DNA from: Candidatus Saccharimonadota bacterium
GTDB taxonomy: Bacteria; Patescibacteriota; Saccharimonadia; Saccharimonadales; UBA4665
Direction of reading: 5' to 3'
Length of the DNA: 32,000 nt
NCBI GenBank assembly: GCA_016699935.1
Contig: CP064992.1
Span: 90,001 to 122,000 of the forward strand
Made by a program: the position numbers and the translations under genes. Positions 1-10,639 of this stretch are shown in pieces (positions within the stretch are counted from its first letter, which is position 1; every line of letters begins with the position of its first letter). The notes below the pieces were generated by a model, which saw only the letters and a program-made list of their open reading frames with translations, ran no database searches and had not been told where the DNA came from.

Positions 1-417
1 ATGCAAATCATGCCCCATGAGGCTACTGATTTCGACCTCTCGACTTAGGAAACCGAGACTAGGTGGTAGTTTGCGCATAAGCGCCAAAAGCAAGGTGAAG
101 GTATATTCAGCAACAGTCGACTCACCGTAGGTTGGTACATTTGTTACTGTTATGCCACGTGCAGCTGCGGCTGCTAAGTCGACATTATTGAAGCCGGTCG
201 AACGGCAGGCTATGAGCTTGAGCTTTGGCATTTTTTCGATCATTTCAGCCGTCACTGTACTTGTCACGAAAACCGAAATAACTTCGGCTTCCGGGTCGCA
301 GTTATTTGCAGAAATACTTTCGATAATATATTCCCAGCGATGATCGGAATCTTTGAGACCATCTTCGAGCTGTCGCTGATCCAGTTCGGATGAGTCATAA
401 ATGTAGATAAGTGCCAT
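1..417 (-). CDS. D-isomer-specific 2-hydroxyacid dehydrogenase family protein, N-terminal 139 codons (gene continues beyond window start)
   Basis: The reverse strand from ATG (complement of 415-417) reads MALIYIYDSSELDQRQLEDGL...KLKLIACRSTGFNNVDLAAAAARGITVTNVPTYGESTVAEYTFTLLLALMRKL. This is a typical catalytic/NAD-domain junction of D-2-hydroxyacid (lactate/phosphoglycerate-type) dehydrogenases. It stays open to position 1 and is absent from the ORF track because it is truncated. Confidence 0.8.
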   Translation of the reverse strand, partial: MALIYIYDSSELDQRQLEDGLKDSDHRWEYIIESISANNCDPEAEVISVFVTSTVTAEMIEKMPKLKLIACRSTGFNNVDLAAAAARGITVTNVPTYGESTVAEYTFTLLLALMRKLPPSLGFLSREVEISSLMGHDLH

Positions 418-460
418 GATGGCTACAGTATGCCATAAGCGGAATGGAAAAGGTAGTGTG

Positions 461-565
461 GGGAGGTATGAGGCAAGGGATAAGAGATAAGAGTTAAGAG
501 ATATGAGTCTAGAGATAAGAGTTAAGAGATAAGAGATAAGAATTATGATTTATGAATTGAGAATG
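461..565. repeat. 15 uninterrupted heptanucleotide units (consensus AAGAGAT)
   Basis: The sequence splits in perfect register: gggaggt atgaggc aagggat aagagat aagagtt aagagat atgagtc tagagat aagagtt aagagat aagagat aagaatt atgattt atgaatt gagaatg. The GCGGCCGTAAGCCGC hairpin follows. Confidence 0.85.
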
Positions 566-851
566 CGGCCGTAAGCCGCTAGTAATCGTCGCGCAAGCGA
601 CATAATTAGTAGTGGCCCTCTGTAGGCGTCCCGGCATGACTGTTGTGAGACACTACAACACTTGCGAAAATGCGACGTGGCAGTGTTTTCGCGTTGTATG
701 TGCTCACAACAGTCACCGAGATGGTGAAAGCGGGCCGAGGTTTTTTGCCTACTTTTTGTCCGGTACAAAAAGTAGGTCGCTGCGCGGGCGCGAAAGCCCG
801 CATTGTCGGCCTGACAGTCCGAAAACTGCCTATTGCATGTATCTGCTGTAA

Positions 852-2162
<1,311 letters not shown>

Positions 2163-2327
2163 GACTGATTAACATCTGGAAGCGCGACTATTTTGTTTGC
2201 CCAAATGCTTAGATTGTAAGTCTGCACCGAACAATACGGCCAAGACGTTCTTGAACTAACTGAAAGAAAAGTACACAATGGATGCTGGGTATGCCTTTTA
2301 TACGCATGCATACCGAAAGGAGCACAC

Positions 2328-2519
2328 ATGGACGCTTATACATCATTGACGCTTTATCTATTTTACGTTTTTGTTGCTGCGCTTTTCTTTAGCGCAGTTG
2401 ACGAACGCTACAAGTGGTCCAGAATGGGTCGTTTTTATAGGGAAGATACCTGGTTGAACTTTCTTTTCAACTACGTTGTAATTGCTATCATCAGTGCTGC
2501 CTTTGATTTTTTACCATAA
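2328..2519 (+). CDS. hypothetical small membrane protein (63 aa, two hydrophobic helices)
   Basis: AAAGGAG lies 6 nt upstream of the ATG. The product has two hydrophobic segments (LTLYLFYVFVAALFF, FNYVVIAIISAAF). I recognise no family. Confidence 0.5.
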   Translation: MDAYTSLTLYLFYVFVAALFFSAVDERYKWSRMGRFYREDTWLNFLFNYVVIAIISAAFDFLP

Positions 2520-2651
2520 CAAGAATTCACGCTCATAGCGAACTAACAATCCACTGCCAATCTTGGCACATATTGCGATTGCCTGAGTTATGAAGTGAAA
2601 ATCCTCCCTGTAAATTTCCCGTCCCGGGTGAAATAATAGCCTTGGTGTTAT

Positions 2652-2894
2652 TTATGCGCCGAGAGATTTGAGGGCGTGGTATATGAGGAAGGCGGGCCAG
2701 ACGAGGGCTTTGAAAATGCCGGCGATGACAGACCAGAAACCGTCCGCTGTACTCATGTAATATACAAGCGCACCTATCATGCCCATGCTATAGACCGTAT
2801 TGCCGCCGCCTTGGCGTATAATTGTGCGGCTCCCACGTGTACTCCGACGCTCTTTCCTACCCACTACTTCTACGTCATCTACCTGTCGTGCCAT
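2652..2894 (-). CDS. hypothetical small membrane protein (80 aa)
   Basis: A charged N-terminus is followed by GGGNTVYSMGMIGALVYYMSTADGFWSVIAGIFKALVWPAFLIYHAL. This resembles a widespread small two-helix membrane protein, but that is from recollection only. Confidence 0.55.
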   Translation of the reverse strand: MARQVDDVEVVGRKERRSTRGSRTIIRQGGGNTVYSMGMIGALVYYMSTADGFWSVIAGIFKALVWPAFLIYHALKSLGA

Positions 2895-3102
2895 GTTTTA
2901 CCCTCTGTTTCATTTCCATTGTATCACTCTTCCCATGCCGCCCCTGTTATGCTACAATGTTTCAGCTGAAACTTGCGTTTTAAGACCAAAATACCAAACC
3001 AAGCAGCTTGTCTGCTGTTAGAATTTTGAGAAGAGAAACGTAGCACCAAGTCGAAGCTTTTGCCAAAAGGCAAAACGAGACAGTGTGTGTTAGTTTCGAC
3101 GA

Positions 3103-3177
3103 GGCCCCATCTTCTAACGGTTAGGAAATCGGGTTTTCATCCCGGCAATAGGAGTTCGATTCTCCTTGGGGTCACCA
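3103..3177 (+). tRNA. tRNA-Glu (anticodon UUC), CCA encoded
   Basis: Manual cloverleaf: acceptor GGCCCCA/TGGGGTC, D stem TTCT/GGAA, anticodon stem TCGGG/CCCGG with loop TTTTCAT, T arm AGGAG-TTCGATT-CTCCT, then discriminator A and CCA. Confidence 0.9.
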
Positions 3178-3207
3178 AAAGATTTTTCTTTCGTAGAAAG
3201 ATCTTTT
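3178..3207 (+). terminator. hairpin plus T-run after tRNA-Glu
   Basis: AAAGAT(tttt)CTTTC-gta-GAAAGATCTTT is followed by TTGTTT. Confidence 0.45.
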
Positions 3208-3218
3208 TGTTTAGGAAT

Positions 3219-3249
3219 GAACAACCCGCCTACGTGAGGCGGGTTGTTC
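3219..3249 (-). terminator. GC-rich hairpin downstream of surface-protein gene 3353-5155
   Basis: GAACAACCCGCC-tacgtga-GGCGGGTTGTTC forms a 12-bp perfect stem. The conserved box GAGCGGTCAGTC (3261-3272) lies on its gene-proximal side. Confidence 0.6.
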
Positions 3250-3352
3250 ACATAAGTCTAGAGCGGTCAGTCAAAATACCCAAAACTATTACTTACCAAT
3301 ATAGCACACTTTCGGCGGAAAAGCTAGTCCTTATCCACAATGACAGATGGAG

Positions 3353-5155
3353 CTAGAACTGTCGACGGCGGCGCATACTGAAACGACGCTGTGCTTGTGG
3401 GGCAAGCGGTGTGGCAGCTAGTGGATCTGACGACTCTAGTGGCTCTGCCAGCGGTAATGGTGAGGTGCCAAAATCGGCAGCCAGGTACGCCCGCTTGTGC
3501 TTGCGGAAGAGCAAGTGACGATACCAGAGGAATCCGCCAACAAGTGCCGCAGAAGCAAGAGCGATTATATTCCCGGCACCAGTGTTTGGTAGGGTTGCAG
3601 CCGGCGCAACACAGCGCGGATCGTCTCTGGGGATGCTTGCATCGTATTCACACGGGTTACAGCGTACGTCACCGACGGGGATGCCGGGTTTGCATTCGGG
3701 TACAGCAGGCTTGGAAGGCTCAACCATGGCATAGCAGTTAGACGAAGCAGCCTTTTCTTCGCCAAATACATCGAAGTAAAGCGTTGCAAAGGCACTGTAC
3801 TTGCCCTGTGTTGGGTAGATGTAGTCGGCAGTAATAGTACTACTCCCAGCGGTTGCGTTGACGCTACGGCTTTGGCCATCACCAAACACAAAGAGTGCTC
3901 GTTTTAGCACCGCTCCATTCGCTGTTTTGGACTCTGCTGTAAAGCGGTAACCCATGGTTTGCCCTGGAAGCAACGGGCCGGTAAGCCGCGAACACTCATA
4001 CAGGGGCTTCGGATTTGTTACAACCGCAGGGTCGCAGTCATCGTCTTTCGTAGGGTTACTAGGATCTACCTCTGGTGCGTTCACACAGGCAGTGTTGGTA
4101 ATGGCTTTGTCGGAGTAGGTTACCACTTTTGCGGTGATCTTTAGGGTTACGCTGGCACTGGGAGCAAGGCTAGGGATGGTGTGGGTGTAGCTTTTGCCGT
4201 CTGTTGCAACTTTGCCAGCATCGGCTTTCAAAAATTGGACATTCGCTGGCGCTTTGTCTGTCACGACTACATTGGTAAGAGTTTGTGTGCCTGTGTTTTT
4301 AACTACCAGGCTATAGACAAACTCTTCGCCGACATTGACTTCTTTTGTCTCGACACCGTTGACTTTTTTGTCTATGGAGACACCCGGGAAATCAACTCGT
4401 ATGGTCTGTTGACATGTTACGCTCGTGGCAGTTATGGTAGTACTCCCCGGAGCGGAGGCGAAAATGGTCAATTTGGCAGTATATGTCCCAGCGACTGTAT
4501 AAGTGTGGTCTACTGGGTCTGTCGGAGTTGTTTTAGTGACCGCAGGAGACCCATCGCCAAAGTCATAGACATATTTTGTTACTTGAGCCAAACCATTAGC
4601 AGATGCAGATGCAGTAAAACGGTAGGTGTTTGCCTTTCCAGCTACAGGAGTTTTGTTTAAAGTATTACAGGCTGCACCAGATGAGACCTTATCTCCAAAT
4701 ACCGGGTTACCACACGCATTCATAACGGTGAATTGTGGAGTCCCATTTCCATCAAAGAGAACTTTTACCGCAAAGCTACTGGCGCCAGAAGACCAACGTT
4801 GGCTTGGTGTCCCAGTATAGTATGTTTTTGACCCGATGGTCAGCGGTGTTGAGCTATTGTAATTAGATCGGCCCATGGTCTTGATATTTGTCATGACGGT
4901 TTGACCACCCACCACGACCCTACCGTCACGGTATACTGTTCCGTCTTTCGCGCCGCCCACAAACCTGCTGTAATCTGACGACGGCAACCCTGCATAGTTG
5001 AATATTGCTTGCAAATCGGTATGACCTAGCCCATCTTTATTTGTAGTAACTGTACTTATAAAACCTTGGTTTGAGGTAAAACCACAATAGACAATAGCAT
5101 TTGCATCACAATCGCCGGCATACGCTTTTGGCGCAACGAAACCAGCACCGAGCAA
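3353..5155 (-). CDS. LPxTG-anchored surface protein with DUF11-type and PKD-like modules; N-terminus unclear
   Basis: The C-terminus has LPNTGAG, a hydrophobic helix and RKHKR, which is a sortase sorting signal. It also has a DUF11-like module (SIDKKVNGVETKEVNVGEEFVYSLVVKNTGTQTLTNVVVTDKAP) and PKD-like modules (YVYDFGDGSPAV..HTYTVAGTYTAKL). The N-terminal domain is paralogous to 5408-7945. The ORF begins at TTG 5155. A signal-peptide-like extension continues in frame to ATG 5240-5242 but is interrupted by TAA at 5219-5221. Confidence 0.8.
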   Translation of the reverse strand: MLGAGFVAPKAYAGDCDANAIVYCGFTSNQGFISTVTTNKDGLGHTDLQAIFNYAGLPSSDYSRFVGGAKDGTVYRDGRVVVGGQTVMTNIKTMGRSNYNSSTPLTIGSKTYYTGTPSQRWSSGASSFAVKVLFDGNGTPQFTVMNACGNPVFGDKVSSGAACNTLNKTPVAGKANTYRFTASASANGLAQVTKYVYDFGDGSPAVTKTTPTDPVDHTYTVAGTYTAKLTIFASAPGSTTITATSVTCQQTIRVDFPGVSIDKKVNGVETKEVNVGEEFVYSLVVKNTGTQTLTNVVVTDKAPANVQFLKADAGKVATDGKSYTHTIPSLAPSASVTLKITAKVVTYSDKAITNTACVNAPEVDPSNPTKDDDCDPAVVTNPKPLYECSRLTGPLLPGQTMGYRFTAESKTANGAVLKRALFVFGDGQSRSVNATAGSSTITADYIYPTQGKYSAFATLYFDVFGEEKAASSNCYAMVEPSKPAVPECKPGIPVGDVRCNPCEYDASIPRDDPRCVAPAATLPNTGAGNIIALASAALVGGFLWYRHLLFRKHKRAYLAADFGTSPLPLAEPLESSDPLAATPLAPQAQRRFSMRRRRQF

Positions 5156-5348
5156 CCCCGCGCCGAATATCGCAAAACCTATCGCGAATATACTGCTTTT
5201 TCTTGTATATGTATTCTTTTAAATTTTTGCGACTCCACGCATGGCTGTTTTTCCTTTTTTAAAATCAATTCTGAGTTCATTTTCCCACAAAAGTTATCGG
5301 CTTGCAAGGAGGTTGGTGGTGGCATGGCTCTTTGCTCCTCGTTGCCAC

Positions 5349-5384
5349 AAAACGCCCCGCTGGTAAACCATGCGGGGCGTTTTT
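5349..5384 (-). terminator. hairpin terminator downstream of 5408-7945
   Basis: AAAACGCCCCGC-tggtaaaccat-GCGGGGCGTTTT. The box GAGCGGTCAGTC at 5391-5402 lies between the hairpin and the stop codon. Confidence 0.7.
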
Positions 5385-5407
5385 AAGAGTGAGCGGTCAG
5401 TCTTGCT

Positions 5408-7945
5408 CTAAGGTGAACTTTTTCTAGTCTCGGCAAGCCTGCGGCTCAGGAACAACCGATAGCCTATGGCGCTCAGGACACTTACGAATCCAAATAGTCC
5501 TATGACACTACCGGCACCTGTGTCAGGAAGAACCTGTGGTGTCGTAGGTGGAGTTACGGGTGGCGTGACTGGAGGTGTAACCGTCACGTTTGCCGTATCA
5601 CACGAATCAACTTCAGCTGGGTTTTCTGGGTTGACTTCTGGCGCGTTTACACAAGCTTTGTTGGTAAGACTTCCAGCTACATAAGTCGAAACCTTTGCGC
5701 TCAGAGTAAATACCATTTCCTCATTAATCTTCAGCTCAGGTATGGTGTACGTCCAGGTGTTGCCGACGATACTACCCTTTTCGGCGCTGAGAAGTGTGAC
5801 GCCAGCTTCTGGGATGTCGGTAACAACTACGTTTTTCATATCTACTTCACCAGTGTTTTTGACTACCAGCGTGTAGTTGAAACTTGCGCCGACAGCAACC
5901 TGAGTTGTCGTGGCGGTTTGTGCAACGTACTTATTAATGCTGATATTTGGGTTTTTTGGCATAGGAGGAGTGACGGTAACTGTGGCATCGTCACAAGCGT
6001 CGGATGCACCAGGGGTGCCAGGGTTAACTTCTGGAGCATTGACACAGGCTGTGTTTTTCAAAGCTGTAGCGACGTAAGTCATAACCTTGGCGGTAATGTT
6101 TACGTATTCGCTCTGACCTAGAGCAAGCTCTGGGATGGTATATGTCCAGGTGTTTCCAGCAATGCTACCTTTATCGGCGCTGACAAGCGTAATACCATTT
6201 TCTGGAGTGTCGCTAACAGCTACGTTTTTCAGTACGACATTACCAGTGTTAGTAACTTTGAGTTGGTAAGTAAAGTTTTGGCCAACAGCAACTTCGTCTG
6301 TTTTGCCGCCGTTTACTTTCTTCTCGATAGTTACAGCTGGGTCAGAAACTACCTTGACTGTTACGACAGCTGTGTCGCAAGCGTCTTGGTGAGTTGGGTT
6401 GGTTGAATCAACTTCAACTGCATTGACACAGGCTTTGTTGGTGATTGGGTTAGCGACATAGGCGTTAACCTTGGCAGTAATCTTGAAGGTCTTCGACTCA
6501 CCGATGGCTAGATCAACAGTGTTTGTCCACTTGTTGCTAACGATCGTACCGGCATCGGCACTCAGGAAGGTTACACCGGCAGGAGCGTCGTCGCTGACAA
6601 CAGCGTTGTCGAGGACAACGTTACCCGTGTTGGTAACTTTGACACTGTAGACGAAGTTTTCACCGACTGCGACTGGCAGGGTTTCAACATTGTTTACTTT
6701 CTTCTCAATGGTGACAGCTGGGTTCTTGACTGTTACGACAGCTGTGTCGCAAGCGTCTTGGTGAGTTGGGTTGGTTGAATCAACTTCAACTGCATTGACA
6801 CAGGCTTTGTTGGTGATTGGGTTAGCGACATAGGCGTTAACCTTGGCAGTAATCTTGAAGGTCTTCGACTCACCGATGGCTAGATCAACAGTGTGTGTCC
6901 ACTTGTTGCTAACGATCGTACCGGAATCGGCACTCAGGAAGGTTACACCGGCAGGAGCGTCGTCGCTGACAACAGCGTTGTCGAGGACAACGTTACCCGT
7001 GTTGGTAACTTTGACACTGTAGACGAAGTTTTCACCGACTGCGACTGGCAGGGTTTCAACATTGTTTACTTTCTTCTCAATGGTGACAGCTGGGTTAGGT
7101 GTCGTAAATGATTTTGTACATACAGCGCTGGTTGATCCAAAAGAATTCTTAGCCGATATAGTTACCTTTGCCGTATACGTTTTGTTGAATAAAGAGTAAG
7201 CATGTGTTGTATTTGCTGTATTGCTGCTTGTAGAAACAGTTTGCTGAACACCATCACCAAAGTCAAATACATAACTAGTTATGGACATGTTCGTTGAAGC
7301 AGCTTTCGCAGTCAATACATATTCTCTCAGCCTAGCAGTTGCGCTAACCTGTAAGTTTGTACAGCTAAGTGCGCGCTTCACTGGGGTAAATTTAATGGAA
7401 TTACCGCATATAGTCATGACTCCCGATATCGCTTGGCCTTTTTGGTCGAATAGTACGAGTACTGACTGTGTTTCTGAATAATTAGTAGATGCAGGACGGC
7501 TATAGACACCCGGCAATATTTGAGTTCTGCCGCTGCCACCCAGGCGAGTTGTGACAACAGCTCCTGTACCAACTAGTTCGCCGTTTACTTTGACGTCACC
7601 GTTTTTATAAACATACCCTAGTTTTGCATTGCTGGTATTCATGCCCGCAACGAGACTAGAAGAAAAACCGGACCAATTATAAACAGCTTGCAAGTCTTTA
7701 TGCCCTGCACCGTCATTATTTAACGTGTAAAAACTCTTAAATGACGAAACAAAAGCACTCTGAGACGTGCCATTCAAACCACAGCGTATGATATTGGTTG
7801 TGTCACACACTCCAGCATCCACTTTAGGTGTATTGAGTGCTGCACCTACAGCAATTGACGTAAACACCAAAAAGCCGCTAACGGCAGCTACAATAGCTTT
7901 TATTGGTCGATTTGATGACTTTCTAAATATAGTTATATGCTTCAT
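5408..7945 (-). CDS. LPxTG-anchored surface protein, five DUF11-type repeats plus PKD-like module (845 aa)
   Basis: GGAGGAAG lies upstream of the ATG. The N-terminal signal/TM segment is AIVAAVSGFLVFTSIAVGAAL. It has a PKD-like module (YVFDFGDGVQQ...) and five modules of the type TIEKKVNxxET..VAVGENFVYSVKVTNTGNVVLDNAVVSD. The C-terminus has LPDTGAG, a hydrophobic helix and SRR. Confidence 0.9.
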   Translation of the reverse strand: MKHITIFRKSSNRPIKAIVAAVSGFLVFTSIAVGAALNTPKVDAGVCDTTNIIRCGLNGTSQSAFVSSFKSFYTLNNDGAGHKDLQAVYNWSGFSSSLVAGMNTSNAKLGYVYKNGDVKVNGELVGTGAVVTTRLGGSGRTQILPGVYSRPASTNYSETQSVLVLFDQKGQAISGVMTICGNSIKFTPVKRALSCTNLQVSATARLREYVLTAKAASTNMSITSYVFDFGDGVQQTVSTSSNTANTTHAYSLFNKTYTAKVTISAKNSFGSTSAVCTKSFTTPNPAVTIEKKVNNVETLPVAVGENFVYSVKVTNTGNVVLDNAVVSDDAPAGVTFLSADSGTIVSNKWTHTVDLAIGESKTFKITAKVNAYVANPITNKACVNAVEVDSTNPTHQDACDTAVVTVKNPAVTIEKKVNNVETLPVAVGENFVYSVKVTNTGNVVLDNAVVSDDAPAGVTFLSADAGTIVSNKWTNTVDLAIGESKTFKITAKVNAYVANPITNKACVNAVEVDSTNPTHQDACDTAVVTVKVVSDPAVTIEKKVNGGKTDEVAVGQNFTYQLKVTNTGNVVLKNVAVSDTPENGITLVSADKGSIAGNTWTYTIPELALGQSEYVNITAKVMTYVATALKNTACVNAPEVNPGTPGASDACDDATVTVTPPMPKNPNISINKYVAQTATTTQVAVGASFNYTLVVKNTGEVDMKNVVVTDIPEAGVTLLSAEKGSIVGNTWTYTIPELKINEEMVFTLSAKVSTYVAGSLTNKACVNAPEVNPENPAEVDSCDTANVTVTPPVTPPVTPPTTPQVLPDTGAGSVIGLFGFVSVLSAIGYRLFLSRRLAETRKSSP
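6354..7097. repeat. tandem duplication, 2 x 372 bp (124 codons), near-identical
   Basis: Copy 1 (6354-6725) and copy 2 (6726-7097) differ at only two positions by eye. The protein shows SADSGTIVSNKWTHTVD versus SADAGTIVSNKWTNTVD. Confidence 0.9.
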
Positions 7946-8110
7946 ATTTCTTCCTCCGAAAGATGTTATGTCTATATACTATACTATTGGTTACATTATG
8001 TCAATTTTCTTTTTTAATTGCTTATGCTTACCACCTGAAGATGGTAATAATTCGGCTAATTTGATATGTCAGATAATTTGTCATGAAAGCGTAAATGATA
8101 CAGCCGGTCT

Positions 8111-8267
8111 TATATAACCTGAGTCTCAAAACCCCCAGGTTGTTATCCCAGCGAACGCTGGGATTCGGATAAATGGACTGGATTCCCGCCGAGTTTATCC
8201 TCAATTCGGTTGGGGGCAGGAATGACATAAGTACTAGTAGGGCCAGTTTTGAGACTCAAGTTATATA
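8111..8267. mobile_element. MITE-like non-autonomous element, copy A
   Basis: The terminal inverted repeats are TATATAACCTGAGTCTCAAAAC and GTTTTGAGACTCAAGTTATATA. Internal hairpins are ATCCCAGCGAACGCTGGGAT and TTCCCGCC...GGCAGGAATGAC. It has no ORF and is roughly 85% identical by eye to 14428-14575. Confidence 0.75.
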
Positions 8268-8328
8268 CAGTTATTGTGGGCATTCGTTTGTACGAGTGGC
8301 TGGGTGCTATGCGCTATTTTTGCTCAAC

Positions 8329-8367
8329 GCAAAACCCCGCATCTTTTTACAGAAAGCGGGGTTTTGC
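8329..8367 (-). terminator. hairpin terminator downstream of 8409-10622
   Basis: GCAAAACCCCGC-15 nt loop-GCGGGGTTTTGC. The box GAGCGGTCAGTC at 8373-8384 lies between the hairpin and the stop. Confidence 0.65.
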
Positions 8368-8408
8368 GAGTTGAGCGGTCAGTCGTTACTCTTTGTAATC
8401 GATAGAGA

Positions 8409-10622
8409 TTACTCGGCTAAACGACGGCTCATGAACAACCGATAGCCTATGGCGCTCAGGACACTTACGAGTCCGAACAGTCCAATGACACTACCTGCAC
8501 CCGTGTTTGGAAGCACTTGTGTGGGAGTGGTTGGCGTTGTAAACGTAACTGATTTCACGCAGTTGGCATTAGTTTGAGCGTAGCTATCGCTGCCATTCGC
8601 AGAAAATAGTAACTTTAGACTAACGCTGAACGTACCGTCATTAGCATAGGTATGTGTTGTTGTTGTATTGTTTGTAACGAGCGGAGTCGTACCGTCGCCC
8701 CAGTTGTACGTGACCATCTTTAGGCTGGCACCGTTTTTGGCGGTATAGTCAACTTTTGCGGTTACAGTCCGGTTCGTGCCTGCAGTGAGAGTCAATGCAT
8801 CACAGCTAAACACCGGCGCCGGAACATCAGGCTTCTTAACCGTCACGTCTGCGGTGTCGCAATCATCTTTCTTATTTGGTTCACTTGGGTTCACTTCTGG
8901 TGCATTTACGCAAGCAGTATTCTTGAGCGTACCCTGGACGTATTGCATGACCTTGGCTTTCAGAGTAAATGACTTACTTTCACCTACCTTAAGACTGGGT
9001 ATGACATAGCTCCATGCGTTGCCGTCTATAGTACCAACGTTTGCACTCACGAGTGTGACGCCAGCTTCTGGCTCATCGCTCACAAGTACATTCTTCAGGT
9101 CGACTTCCCCATCGTTGGTAACTTTTACCGTGTAGGTATAGTTGTTACCCACTTCGACTTCGACTGCTTTTTTACCTTCAACCCACTTCTCTATCTTGAC
9201 ACTTGGGTTCTTGGTAGTAGTGCTAAAAGCGACCGTCTTGCTACAAGCCGCGTTTGCAGCCGGAGCTTTATCGGCACCATTCACCGTAAAGAGCATATTA
9301 GCCTTCACCGTATAAGTACCATCGGCGGCATAGGTATGCGTGCCGGTCGTACCGGTGATGACATCTTGCTTACTATCACCCCAAACGAGGGTAGTGTTCT
9401 TGTACGTCGCACCATCTTTAGCGGTGTATGTAACTTCTGCCTTCACCGTACGAGTTTGGTAGTTTGGCGTCAGCGTCAGATCATTACAGCTATAGACAGG
9501 TGTCGGGTAATCACACGTTTTATTGATAGTCACGTCGGCGGTATCGGTATAGTCAGATCCACCGTTCATAGCCTGACCAATATTGGTCAGTTTGTTTGCC
9601 CCACAGGTAAGTTTGTCGAGTGCGGGCATAGTCGCTTGAACTGAACATAGGCATTTGAACCAGGAGCGTAGTCACCAATAATCTGACCACCATTGGCGAC
9701 AACTGCGTCGCTCAGAGCCATACCACTTGGGTTAGATCCGTTAAACAGCTTGACGCTACCGGGCACAATTGCCACATTAGCTGGTAGCTGATCACGCACT
9801 ACAACACTGTTAAGTGCGGTGTTGCCAGTGTTTTTAAACTCTAGCTGGTAAGCTACCGTAGCCCCTGGTGTGGTCGAAACGGTTTCGTTCCAAACACCAC
9901 TGCCTGGAATAGCCACTTTTTTTCTGCATCGTAAAGCCAGGATTTTGCATCTTGACTTTAACTTTCAGCGTTATGACATTTGCGTACTTGAAACAGCCTG
10001 GAATTATGCCGTCAGGTTGCGAAAGACCAATTGGTGCTCCGCTCGTTACAATACTGTCGCTGAGTTTAAGACCAGCTAAGCCGGCATAATTATTATAGGC
10101 AACAGCTGAGCCTGGGACATATTGAACGCTGAATTTATTTGCGGTTGTCGGGGCAACCATGTCTACCGTGTCATACACCTCTTTAGGTGAAGCATTGTCG
10201 GCACTTACGTATGCATTTGCACGCAGTACTGTGTCTGTGACACTCGGCAGCCATACGCGGACTTTGGTGTTTTTTGCAACCCCAACACCGCTATTGTTTG
10301 TGCCGTTCAGATTATCGGCTGCATTGTTGTGTACATAGACACGCAGCAAGACTTCTTGGCCGTCTTTTACAGTCATCTGGTGTGCAAAGCCATCACTATT
10401 TGTGTTGGCTGCGTCTTTCAGTTCAAAAAATGCTCGTTCATCACCTTCACGCGGATTATCCGTCATGGAGTTGAACGTCACATGGTCGGCAGGTTGTGCC
10501 ATTGTATATGTCTGCCTACTTGGACCCCACGCGAGCGCGCTCACTGCCACGCCTATAACGCCAGCTGTGAGTAATGCACTCAGAAGAGTCTTTTTAGACA
10601 GACGAGAAAATAATTGTTTCAT
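8409..10622 (-). CDS. LPxTG-anchored surface protein (about 738 aa reconstructed), two frameshifts
   Basis: AAGGAGAG lies upstream of ATG 10622, and the signal peptide is LLSALLTAGVIGVAVSALA. Track ORFs 9834-10622, 9587-9916 and 8409-9629 join at the A7 run 9914-9920 (..TMQKK|VAIPGSGVW..) and near 9633-9640 (..AYVQFKA|TMPALDKL..). DUF11-type and PKD-like modules are present (YNWGDGTTPL..HTYANDGTFSVSL). The C-terminus has LPNTGAG, a helix and SRR. Confidence 0.8.
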
Positions 10623-10639
10623 GCTTCTCTCCTTATTAA

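Noticed and set aside
152-343. 63-aa plus-strand ORF.
   Set aside because: It lies antisense within the 2-hydroxyacid dehydrogenase coding region, which has strong family motifs.
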